The translations under genes were made by a program, and so were the position numbers. DNA of 58,861 bases from positions 1 through 58,861 of the forward strand of contig JAGVLX010000080.1 of assembly GCA_020054065.1 (NCBI GenBank), written 5' to 3'. Below, one piece after another: positions 1 to 7,971 of this stretch; the first letter of the stretch is position 1, and each line of letters begins with the position of its first letter. The DNA is from Parachlamydiales bacterium. GTDB lineage: Bacteria; Chlamydiota; Chlamydiia; Chlamydiales; JAEYWL01. The notes beneath the pieces were generated by a model that worked only from the letters and a program-made list of their open reading frames with translations, had not been told where the DNA came from and ran no database searches.

Positions 1-127
1 CTCCGTCTCTGCGTTGAATTTACTGCAAAATACTATAATTCCAACTCATTGTTATTTCCCGGTAGGGGGACTCCGCCCTGCTTCGCTTCGTGTTGAATTG
101 AATTTAAGACATAAGAGGCAATGAAAC
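1..127. repeat. Partial composite repeat element, homologous to the one at the window end
   Basis: 77..100 (CCTGCTTCGCTTCGTGTTGAATTG) is the exact reverse complement of 58689..58712. 92..127 (GTTGAATTGAATTTAAGACATAAGAGGCAATGAAAC) nearly matches the last bases of the window. 1..21 resembles a right arm of the CACAGAG family. Confidence 0.75.
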
Positions 128-300
128 GTGGATATTTATATAAACCTAAAAATCAACGAAATAGCAATTTGTTATTTAGGAGGGATGCAAAAATCCATTT
201 AGAATATCTTAGCTGTTTTGCGCCTTGGTTCGATCTTTGCGATAAAATGATGGAAAAGGCTTTAAATCATAAATATGATGAAGCTGTCTCTTTCGGCTTT

Positions 301-2106
301 TTACTCAGCTTTGAGCACTTCCATGAAGGCGCTTTGAGGAATATTGACTTTGCCAATCTCCTTCATGCGCTTTTTACCTTTCTTCTGCTTTTCCCAGAGT
401 TTGCGTTTACGGGTGATGTCGCCGCCATAACATTTTGCGGTGACGTTTTTCGTGATGGCGCTAATCGTTTCGCGTGCAACAATTTTACCGCCAATTGCGG
501 CCTGGATCGGCACACGGAATAACTGTTGCGGGATGACTTCTTTCAACTTCGCGCAGATAGCGCGCCCTTTGGATTCTGCTTTCGTGCGATGCACGAGGCA
601 GGAGAAGGCATCTACCGGTTCTTCATTGACGCGAATTTCTAATTTGATGATATCGCTTTGCTCATAACTATCGAACTCATAATCGAATGATCCATAGCCG
701 CGTGTGATCGATTTCAATTTGTCGTTGAAGTCAGTGATGATTTCGTTTAACGGAAGCCGATAGGTAAGCAGCAAGCGGCGTGGATCCAACGTTTCCGTTT
801 TGATGCAACTGCCTCGTTTTTCTAGGGCTAGCCCCATCATCGCGCCTAAATATTCATTGGGGATAATGATATGGGATTTCACCCATGGCTCTTCCACCCA
901 CTCAATCGTCGTAGGATCTGGATAGTGCGCGGGATTATCTACCTCTTTTACCGATCCGTCTGCCATGGTAAAGCGATAGATGACGCTTGGCGCCGTGCTG
1001 ATGATATCAAGATCAAATTCTCGTTGGATCCGTTCAAAGACAATTTCCAGGTGCAGCAAGCCTAAAAATCCGCAGCGGAACCCGAATCCTAACGCCATGC
1101 TACTCTCTTGCTCGATATGCAAGGCAGAGTCGTTCAATTGCAGCTTCACCAACGCATCGCGCAACGCTTCAAAGTCGGTTGCATCGATCGGATAGATCCC
1201 TGCAAATACAACGGGAGAAATAAGTTTAAACCCTGGCAGCGGTTCTGGAGCGGGATAGCGGTGCAGCGTGATCGTATCGCCGATTTTAACATCGCCGGTG
1301 TTTTTGATGTTGGCGATCATATAGCCGACTTCGCCAGGACGCAAGACATCAACGGGCTTTTCTTTGGGCGTAAACGTTCCCACTTCCAATACATCGAACG
1401 ATTTGTTGGTCGCCATCATTTTGATGAGAGCGCCTTTCCGAATTTCGCCGCTGATGATCCGGATATAGACCATCACGCCGCGGTAGATATCATAGTGGGA
1501 ATCGAACACCAAAGCCCGCAGCAGATCGTCTTCAGGTTCTTTGGGGGGCGGAACTTTCTCCAACACCTTCTCTAAGATCAGATTAATTCCAATCCCCGAT
1601 TTGGCGGAACAGTTGATCGCATCGCTTGTATCCAGGCCAATCACCTCTTCAATCTGTTTGCGTACCCCTTCGACGTCGGCTGAAGGCAAATCGATTTTAT
1701 TAATGACCGGTAGAATCTCTAAGTTTCTTTCCATCGCCAAATGCACGTTGGCTAAGCTTTGAGCTTGCACCCCTTGCCCGGCGTCCACAACGAGCAGCGC
1801 GCCTTCGCATGCTGATAAAGATCGGGATACTTCATACGTGAAGTCGACATGTCCAGGCGTATCGATGAGGTTGATTTGATAAACATCGCCATCTTTTGCT
1901 TTGTAATACATCGTCACCGGATGCGCTTTGATCGTAATTCCGCGCTCCCGCTCTAAATCCATATCATCTAAAACTTGCGCCTGCATCTCCCGCGCCGAAA
2001 CCGTATTGGTAAGTTCCAAAAGACGGTCGGCCAATGTCGATTTCCCATGGTCAATATGGGCAATGATCGAGAAGTTTCGGATTTTTTTTATGTCGTATTT
2101 AAACAT
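301..2106 (-). CDS. lepA: Elongation factor 4 (LepA)
   Basis: [32 protein letters not shown] GTPase motifs; C-terminal [13 protein letters not shown]; 601 aa. Confidence 0.98.
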   Translation of the reverse strand: MFKYDIKKIRNFSIIAHIDHGKSTLADRLLELTNTVSAREMQAQVLDDMDLERERGITIKAHPVTMYYKAKDGDVYQINLIDTPGHVDFTYEVSRSLSACEGALLVVDAGQGVQAQSLANVHLAMERNLEILPVINKIDLPSADVEGVRKQIEEVIGLDTSDAINCSAKSGIGINLILEKVLEKVPPPKEPEDDLLRALVFDSHYDIYRGVMVYIRIISGEIRKGALIKMMATNKSFDVLEVGTFTPKEKPVDVLRPGEVGYMIANIKNTGDVKIGDTITLHRYPAPEPLPGFKLISPVVFAGIYPIDATDFEALRDALVKLQLNDSALHIEQESSMALGFGFRCGFLGLLHLEIVFERIQREFDLDIISTAPSVIYRFTMADGSVKEVDNPAHYPDPTTIEWVEEPWVKSHIIIPNEYLGAMMGLALEKRGSCIKTETLDPRRLLLTYRLPLNEIITDFNDKLKSITRGYGSFDYEFDSYEQSDIIKLEIRVNEEPVDAFSCLVHRTKAESKGRAICAKLKEVIPQQLFRVPIQAAIGGKIVARETISAITKNVTAKCYGGDITRKRKLWEKQKKGKKRMKEIGKVNIPQSAFMEVLKAE

Positions 2107-2154
2107 GGAGTTAGATCAGTTAGTGTTTGAAATGATTATAGCAGACATGGCTAA

Positions 2155-2238
2155 TGCGGCCAAGATGACTCGAACATCCACCGAGTTGCCCCGACTAGAA
2201 CCTGAATCTAGCGCGTCTACCAGTTCCGCCATGGCCGC
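2155..2238 (-). tRNA. tRNA-Leu(CAG)
   Basis: Reverse complement GCGGCCATGGCGGAACTGGTAGACGCGCTAGATTCAGGTTCTAGTCGGGGCAACTCGGTGGATGTTCGAGTCATCTTGGCCGCA folds to a cloverleaf with anticodon CAG and a long variable arm; CCA not encoded. Confidence 0.95.
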
Positions 2239-2260
2239 AAAAGAAATGCGAAATAAAAAA

Positions 2261-2344
2261 TGCCGATGGCAGGACTCGAACCAGCACCTAGTTGCCTAGA
2301 GTAGATTTTGAGTCTACCGCGTCTACCAATTCCGCCACATCGGC
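2261..2344 (-). tRNA. tRNA-Leu(CAA)
   Basis: Reverse complement GCCGATGTGGCGGAATTGGTAGACGCGGTAGACTCAAAATCTACTCTAGGCAACTAGGTGCTGGTTCGAGTCCTGCCATCGGCA; anticodon stem GTAGA/TCTAC with CAA; long variable arm. Confidence 0.95.
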
Positions 2345-2386
2345 ATAGATTTCTACCGCGAGAGTATAGTGCAATGCAGAATTAAA

Positions 2387-3271
2387 TCAAAACCTTAAAT
2401 AGTTTTTATACGCCTTCTCCCACGTGACCGTCACTTTTTCCTGCAAATCCCAATCATAACGCACTTGAATGCTTAGGTAAGGATAGGGATGGCGATTGTC
2501 AAAATCACGCCCCTCTTTTTTATTAAACACCTTGACAAACACCTCTTTATTCATCCAAGGGGGAGTCGACACGTTAGTCTCGCCTTTAGTGAAGCGGGAA
2601 AACTCTTGATACTCTTTCAACCCTTGATATTTTGAGGTTTCTTTGTAGTAATCAATAATGTATTTGACAATTTGTTCGGGTTGATTCTCCATCCCCTGCA
2701 CGTAAAAAGAAACTTCCGCCCCCACCTGGTGTTTTGAAGAACTGTTCTGCACCGATGAATCGACATAAGTGTTATGGTCAGGGCAGCGATGGCCGCTGGT
2801 CACCACCACCCGTTTGCCCGATTTATTCTGGATATAATTCAACAGATCTATCAGAATAGGATAGATAAATTCTTTGTTGTTCCTCAAAGGCAAGCTATGT
2901 TTTTCCGCTCCGCCACAATCGTGATAGCGTTGAAGTTCTTTCCCGTTCTCCGCGACAATGCGAGGCGGATTCAAAATGCTGCCTTTACAGCGAAAATATT
3001 CCTTGGTAATCCGCAATTGATTTGAAGATTGCCCTTCTTCCCATGGGTAGGTTGGGGGTGTCTGCGGGTCCGCGGGTGCAGCAGCAAAGAGAAATTCACC
3101 TTGATGGCGATAAACGAACTCGCCGCGCTGATTTGTGCGGCGCACGCTTTCTTCGGCTGGCTGATCGGAGTTCGAGCATCCGGAGCATACAAGGAAGCAG
3201 AGAAATAAATAGGAAGAGGCAAAACAATTTTTCATTGGCATGATCATATGGATTGGGAACGAGAATATCAA
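2387..3271 (-). CDS. Predicted lipoprotein with peptidase M15-like (DD-peptidase fold) region; chlamydial conserved protein. True start is probably 3247 or 3235.
   Basis: Hydrophobic N-terminus ending CSGC (lipobox-like); VTSGHRCPDHN...SKHQVGAEVSF resembles the M15A SGxR..N..SxH motif. Confidence 0.6.
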   Translation of the reverse strand: MIFSFPIHMIMPMKNCFASSYLFLCFLVCSGCSNSDQPAEESVRRTNQRGEFVYRHQGEFLFAAAPADPQTPPTYPWEEGQSSNQLRITKEYFRCKGSILNPPRIVAENGKELQRYHDCGGAEKHSLPLRNNKEFIYPILIDLLNYIQNKSGKRVVVTSGHRCPDHNTYVDSSVQNSSSKHQVGAEVSFYVQGMENQPEQIVKYIIDYYKETSKYQGLKEYQEFSRFTKGETNVSTPPWMNKEVFVKVFNKKEGRDFDNRHPYPYLSIQVRYDWDLQEKVTVTWEKAYKNYLRF

Positions 3272-3931
3272 CTGATACTATTTGATTTTGACGGCCTGCT
3301 CGTCAACACCGAGCAGCTCCACCATCAAGCGTATATCAACCTTTGTCGCAACCGCGGGTATGCATTAGAGTGGAGTTTTGAAAATTTTTGCAAGGTCGCC
3401 CACTACAATTCGGAAGGGATTCGGCGGGAGATTTACCGGATCTTGCCGGAACTCCATAAGCAGGTTCCCGATTGGGATATTTTATACGCCGAAAAGAAGC
3501 AAGCTTATCTGGATTTGGTGGCTAAAGGAGCTGTGCAGCTAATGCCTGGCGCACACGAGCTGCTGGTGCGGCTGCAGCGTGTTGGCGCAAACACCTGTGT
3601 GGTGACCCACTCCGCCGCCGAATTAGTCAATCAGATCCGCCAGCAGCATCCGATCTTGGGATCGATTAAGCATTGGATGACGCGCGAAGATTACTCCAAA
3701 CCTAAGCCCGCGCCAGACTGCTATCATGAAGCGATTAAACGGTATGCGGCGCCGCAAGATGCCGTATTGGGTTTTGAAGATACTCCGCGCGGAATCCGGG
3801 CGTTGATTGAAACCTCGGCCAAAGCCGTCATGGTGGCATCGATCGATTACCCAGAGATTCCAGAATTCATCAAGCATGGAGTGACCCGAGTGCGGTCGCT
3901 ATTGGATGTGTTGACCATCAAAGGCTTATAA
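3248..3931 (+). CDS. HAD-superfamily hydrolase/phosphatase (beta-PGM/CbbY-like)
   Basis: Motif I FDFDGLLVNTE; KPKPAPD; motif IV GFEDTPRG. Confidence 0.9.
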   Translation: MDWEREYQLILFDFDGLLVNTEQLHHQAYINLCRNRGYALEWSFENFCKVAHYNSEGIRREIYRILPELHKQVPDWDILYAEKKQAYLDLVAKGAVQLMPGAHELLVRLQRVGANTCVVTHSAAELVNQIRQQHPILGSIKHWMTREDYSKPKPAPDCYHEAIKRYAAPQDAVLGFEDTPRGIRALIETSAKAVMVASIDYPEIPEFIKHGVTRVRSLLDVLTIKGL

Positions 3932-3933
3932 GA

Positions 3934-3978
3934 CAGGACTCACACGACATCCAGGACAAACAGGACCTTCACGACACA
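3934..3978 (+). repeat. 9-bp-period GAC element (single arm, 5 units)
   Basis: caggactca-cacgacatc-caggacaaa-caggacctt-cacgacaca, starting 2 nt after the HAD stop codon. Confidence 0.85.
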
Positions 3979-4074
3979 TTCGCCTGGCATTTGCCCAAAA
4001 AACCGGTTTGAAAAAAATTGAAAAGAAAATGAGAAGCACACTTACGCATGCTTCTCATTAAAGACGTTAAACTA

Positions 4075-4530
4075 TTAACGTGCGCAGGGATCGCAAGGAT
4101 CGCAAACTGGTGGGCAAGGATTGCACACTTGTTTGTAGTAGTAGTTTGGAACGTAGTCGCATTTTGTGTCGCAGATCGTTCTTGTGCAAGTTCTGCATTT
4201 TTGCACATCATAGTACTCTGGTTCATAGCGGCAGATGGTTTCGCAGTAGTAGTCTGGAACATAACGGCAGCGCTGAACTTCATAATACTTTGGAACTTGT
4301 CTGCAGCATCTTTCTGTATAGTATTGCGGCTCTTCTACACAACGGTAGGTGTTATAGTAGCAAGGCTCATAGTGGCAGAAGCATTGGCAGCCGTTTTCAT
4401 TGACTGGTCCAACTGGATGATCTGCTGGTGGTTGTTGATTATCGTATCCTTGATGTCCTTGATCAGCGTAGACTTGTTGACCCATCAAGGTACAACAAAA
4501 CATTAAACCTGCGAGAAAGAATTTTTTCAT
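4075..4530 (-). CDS. Secreted Cys/Tyr-rich protein with 12-aa repeats (candidate envelope protein)
   Basis: Signal peptide MKKFFLAGLMFCCTLMGQQVYA; seven 12-aa units, most matching CxxxPxYY; 21 Cys and 20 Tyr in 151 aa. Confidence 0.85.
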   Translation of the reverse strand: MKKFFLAGLMFCCTLMGQQVYADQGHQGYDNQQPPADHPVGPVNENGCQCFCHYEPCYYNTYRCVEEPQYYTERCCRQVPKYYEVQRCRYVPDYYCETICRYEPEYYDVQKCRTCTRTICDTKCDYVPNYYYKQVCNPCPPVCDPCDPCAR

Positions 4531-4716
4531 GGCTAACCCCCTGAACTAACGTTAAAAATTAAACAGGCATCTGATTTTTTTTACCGATCTATTCACTGGG
4601 AATCCTTTAAATCGGTTGATTACCTTAGTTATGGGTATGATATTTTTTTGATTTATGGTAAATGATTTTTTTAAATCTGGAAGGACGAGATCCAGAATAA
4701 CCTAATCATAAGTCAC

Positions 4717-5520
4717 TCAGTCATAAATGACTTTAACCAGAAAAAGTCCTTGTGGCGGAACAGACTGACCTGCCTTCCGTCGGTCGCGGCCATGAAAGAT
4801 ACCGGGGATCTCCTCCAGTTTGATCTTCTTAGATGCAGCTGCCAAAGCCGTCCCTACTAGGTTGCGGACCATTTTATAGAGAAAGCCGTCCGCTTCAAAT
4901 TCGAGGCGTACTCCTCCCTCCTCCGGAACGACATCCGCCCGAATCATCGTCCGCACGGGATCATGCGCTGCCACCCCTTCTGTCTGCGAATTGGCAAAGG
5001 CGGAAAAATCATGCGTTCCGAGATAGAGCTCCATGCAGCGTTTAAGCAACTCAAGATCAATTCGATAAATCGGTTTATATACCGTGTTTACTTTAAACGG
5101 ATCTTCAATCGGATCGAGATAGAGATGGTAGTGATAGATCTTCCTTTTTGCTGAATAGCGGGCATGAAAATCGGGCGGGACAGAGTGAATGCTTTTAATC
5201 CGGATATCAGTGGGCAGCAACCCGTTAGCCGCGCGTAAAAAGCGGTAAGCATCTACTGGACGATCGAAGGTGAAATGGGCAGTTTGCCCAAGCGCGTGGA
5301 CACCGGCATCGGTGCGTCCGGCGCCGACCAACTTTACTTCCCGCCGCAGGAACACTTGCAAGATCGATTCGATCTGCTCTTGAATGGATAAGCTGTTAGG
5401 CTGGATCTGCCATCCGCCGTAACGGGTTCCATCATAAGCAATGGTAATCAGATATTTATGGCTATCTTCTTCACCCATAAAGCTTATTGGAGAGAATGAC
5501 ACTGGCAAACTGCAGGTCAT
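4717..5520 (-). CDS. truA: tRNA pseudouridine(38-40) synthase TruA (start may be 5478)
   Basis: YDGTRYGGWQIQ, GAGRTDAGVHA, FHARYSA, FLYKMVR. Confidence 0.97.
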   Translation of the reverse strand: MTCSLPVSFSPISFMGEEDSHKYLITIAYDGTRYGGWQIQPNSLSIQEQIESILQVFLRREVKLVGAGRTDAGVHALGQTAHFTFDRPVDAYRFLRAANGLLPTDIRIKSIHSVPPDFHARYSAKRKIYHYHLYLDPIEDPFKVNTVYKPIYRIDLELLKRCMELYLGTHDFSAFANSQTEGVAAHDPVRTMIRADVVPEEGGVRLEFEADGFLYKMVRNLVGTALAAASKKIKLEEIPGIFHGRDRRKAGQSVPPQGLFLVKVIYD

Positions 5521-6175
5521 CCGGGGTGGTGACTTTTAAATTATAAGGCGACCCTTGGACGATTTTAACTGGCTTTCCCGCCAGCTCGGCGAGGGAAACA
5601 TCATCGGTGACCGTCAATTTTTGACGGTTCGCTTCGCTAAACCCTTGAAGTAAAATATCTTTATGCAACGCTTGCGGGGTTTGAATTTCGTGGAACTTTG
5701 AACGGTCGGGAGTCCTTAACACAAATGCATGGGCATCCGTTTCTTTGATAGTGAACTTCAGCGGCATCGCAGTGGCGGCGGCTCCGTGCGTTTCGGCAGC
5801 ATGCAACACCCGGTCCAACAAACTGTGGGTGATGAAAGGACGCGCTGCATCATGAATGCAGACCAGATTGCTCTTCGCAACCATTTTTAATCCGTTTTCA
5901 ACCGAGTCCTGCCGGCGCTGGCCCGGAGGGGCAAACCGAACCGACACTTGATGTCCCAGAATTTTGTCAGCGCTGGATTCAAACAATAAGAAATACGGTT
6001 CTTCACACACAACCACAAGCTCGCAAATATCGGGATGGGTAAGGAGCGTTTCAAAACTATGGATGGCCAGCGGCTTTTGGCCTAAAAGGAGGTATTGTTT
6101 GGGGATGTGGGAATGCATGCGGCTGCCGCTTCCACCCGCCAGAAGAATCGCGCTGCAGCGCTGGGGTTTGTTCAT
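5471..6175 (-). CDS. ispD: 2-C-methyl-D-erythritol 4-phosphate cytidylyltransferase
   Basis: LLAGGSGSRM..PKQY, RRQDSV, IHDAARP, QTPQ, TDD, NLKVTTPDDL. Confidence 0.95.
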   Translation of the reverse strand: MNKPQRCSAILLAGGSGSRMHSHIPKQYLLLGQKPLAIHSFETLLTHPDICELVVVCEEPYFLLFESSADKILGHQVSVRFAPPGQRRQDSVENGLKMVAKSNLVCIHDAARPFITHSLLDRVLHAAETHGAAATAMPLKFTIKETDAHAFVLRTPDRSKFHEIQTPQALHKDILLQGFSEANRQKLTVTDDVSLAELAGKPVKIVQGSPYNLKVTTPDDLQFASVILSNKLYG

Positions 6176-7158
6176 ATCGACCTCTTCAAACTTATAGACG
6201 TTATTTCAGGCACGGAGAACCATCGGAAAGGGAGGGCGCTTCCGACTCCCCGGTTAATATAAATCCACCGTGCATTCCGTTGCACAAGCCCCCTTCCATA
6301 CTCCTCGTTTTCGAGCAACGCAAAACGGTTACGCATCCACGGGATATTTACTTGAAACCCATGCGTATGTCCACTCAAAATCACGTGTCCAGGATAGCGG
6401 TCTAAGTAAGGGATGGCATCGGGATTGTGGACCAAAATCAAGCCAGGATAGCGGTTATCGTACCCTTTAAACGCTTCCTCTGGATCCATTTTTCCTAAGA
6501 CGTATTCGCCTAAACCGCATAAATTTAGTGCACTGTTTTTAAAAGGAATTAATTGATGCGCATTATGCAGAAGTTTAAACGGGCTTTTCTCGATCAGTTG
6601 CACCAGTTCTTGGTGTAATCCGGTTTGTCGGGCTTGTTCGGTAATGGTTTTCTTTAGAGGGGTTTCTTTCAGCAACCGTTTAAACCCGCTTAATAAGGTG
6701 GATTCATTCGCATCGATGACATCATATTCGCCGTTTGCATTGACCGAGGTAGCACGCGCATAATCATGGTTGCCGAGGATGGCAAAACAACCGAGCGGAG
6801 CATGAAATCCATTAAGGAACTTTTGCAGCCGCTCCCGATCTTCAAGCTGCGCATAGCAAATAAAATCGCCGGTAAACACAATCAAATCGGGTTTTTGATT
6901 CTGGATCCGAGCTTGGATCTTATTTAAAAATCGGTCGGACAAGGCGTGATGTAAATGCAAGTCGCTGAATTGGACAATATGCAGCGATTCCAGTTCACGC
7001 GGAAGGTCTTTAATGGGAAGATTCAGCTGCGTGGTCTGCAGCAAGTTCGGTTCGATAAAACGGGGCCAAATGCCCACCAGGGAGGCGATGCACCATAAAT
7101 CCCAGAGGGTGTGCCCAGCGTATGAGATGAAGCTCTGTTTAATTCGACGTTGTTCCAT
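6172..7158 (-). CDS. Metallophosphoesterase (YkuE/YaeI-like)
   Basis: SDLH, TGDF, GNHD, HNPD, SGHTHG motifs. Confidence 0.9.
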   Translation of the reverse strand: MEQRRIKQSFISYAGHTLWDLWCIASLVGIWPRFIEPNLLQTTQLNLPIKDLPRELESLHIVQFSDLHLHHALSDRFLNKIQARIQNQKPDLIVFTGDFICYAQLEDRERLQKFLNGFHAPLGCFAILGNHDYARATSVNANGEYDVIDANESTLLSGFKRLLKETPLKKTITEQARQTGLHQELVQLIEKSPFKLLHNAHQLIPFKNSALNLCGLGEYVLGKMDPEEAFKGYDNRYPGLILVHNPDAIPYLDRYPGHVILSGHTHGFQVNIPWMRNRFALLENEEYGRGLVQRNARWIYINRGVGSALPFRWFSVPEITSISLKRSI

Positions 7159-7159
7159 A

Positions 7160-7324
7160 AATTACCACCGAGCCACTGAGACCACTGGAAATTACCACTG
7201 AGCCACTGAGATCATTGAGAAGGTATGAGATTGAGATAAGGAGAACCGTTTTCCCTTCTGATCATACAGTTCATCTCAGTTATCTCATATATTCTCAATG
7301 ATCTCAGTGGCTCAGTGGTGAATT
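7160..7324. repeat. CACTGAG-type periodic hairpin element
   Basis: Tandem CCACTGAG units; 7194..7221 is the perfect reverse complement of 7292..7319 (28 bp). Confidence 0.85.
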
Positions 7325-7373
7325 ACTAACGATTTTAGCAGGTTTAGCGGTAGAAATAAATGAAAATAGAAGC

Positions 7374-7409
7374 GCCGAACGGGGGAAGTTGAGTCAGTCC
7401 GCGTTCGGC
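7374..7409 (-). terminator. Possible intrinsic terminator downstream of the SWIB gene
   Basis: GCCGAAC...GTTCGGC stem followed by a T-rich tract on the minus strand; loop is long, so weak. Confidence 0.35.
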
Positions 7410-7428
7410 ACGATGAGATCCAAGAAAA

Positions 7429-7719
7429 TTAGCTCAGGTGTTTTGACACTTTGCCTGGCATTTCAAGCATGTCAATTTCTCTATCGATAGAAATTCCAAA
7501 CACTTTTGCCAAAGTCGCGTCGGCTTTGATTTTACGTTTGTTGGTTTTGGATTGAAGGTTGTGTTTTTTGATGTAGTCCCAGAGTTTCTTTGTCACTTCC
7601 GTACGCGGCATTGGACCACGACCGACCACAGCAGCGAGAGTTTCGCTAATCTGTACAGGCTTTTGAAGCGCAGATGTGCTCTTTTTTTTGCTGGCTGTGC
7701 TACTTTTTGTTGCTGGCAT
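7429..7719 (-). CDS. SWIB/MDM2 domain protein (chlamydial type)
   Basis: PRTEVTKKLWDYIKKHNLQ..NKRKIKADATLAKVFG; Lys-rich N-terminus. Confidence 0.92.
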   Translation of the reverse strand: MPATKSSTASKKKSTSALQKPVQISETLAAVVGRGPMPRTEVTKKLWDYIKKHNLQSKTNKRKIKADATLAKVFGISIDREIDMLEMPGKVSKHLS

Positions 7720-7971
7720 AGTTGCTCCTTTATGGGTTAACTCACATACGTTCGATGTAGAGCTAAGGCTCCACTTTGTTCGTCATAAGGGATTTTTTAG
7801 CCTTCTTGTCATTTTAGTGCAAAACATTTATGACGCTGAAGACGGCATTTCCCTAGAGGATAATTCATATCTTACTGAATAGCAATAAGATAATTCGATT
7901 ATAACCGTTTAATTAAATTTCTGGTAGTTTTATGAACACATTTCCAATAACCCTGAAACCCTATTGTACCC

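Noticed and set aside
121-522. 133-aa plus-strand ORF
   Set aside because: More than half is antisense to lepA, it starts inside a repeat tail, and no motif is recognisable.
4048-4506. 152-aa hydrophobic plus-strand ORF
   Set aside because: Antisense shadow of the Cys/Tyr repeat gene, which has an RBS (GGGG/AGGGG), a signal peptide and an ordered repeat.
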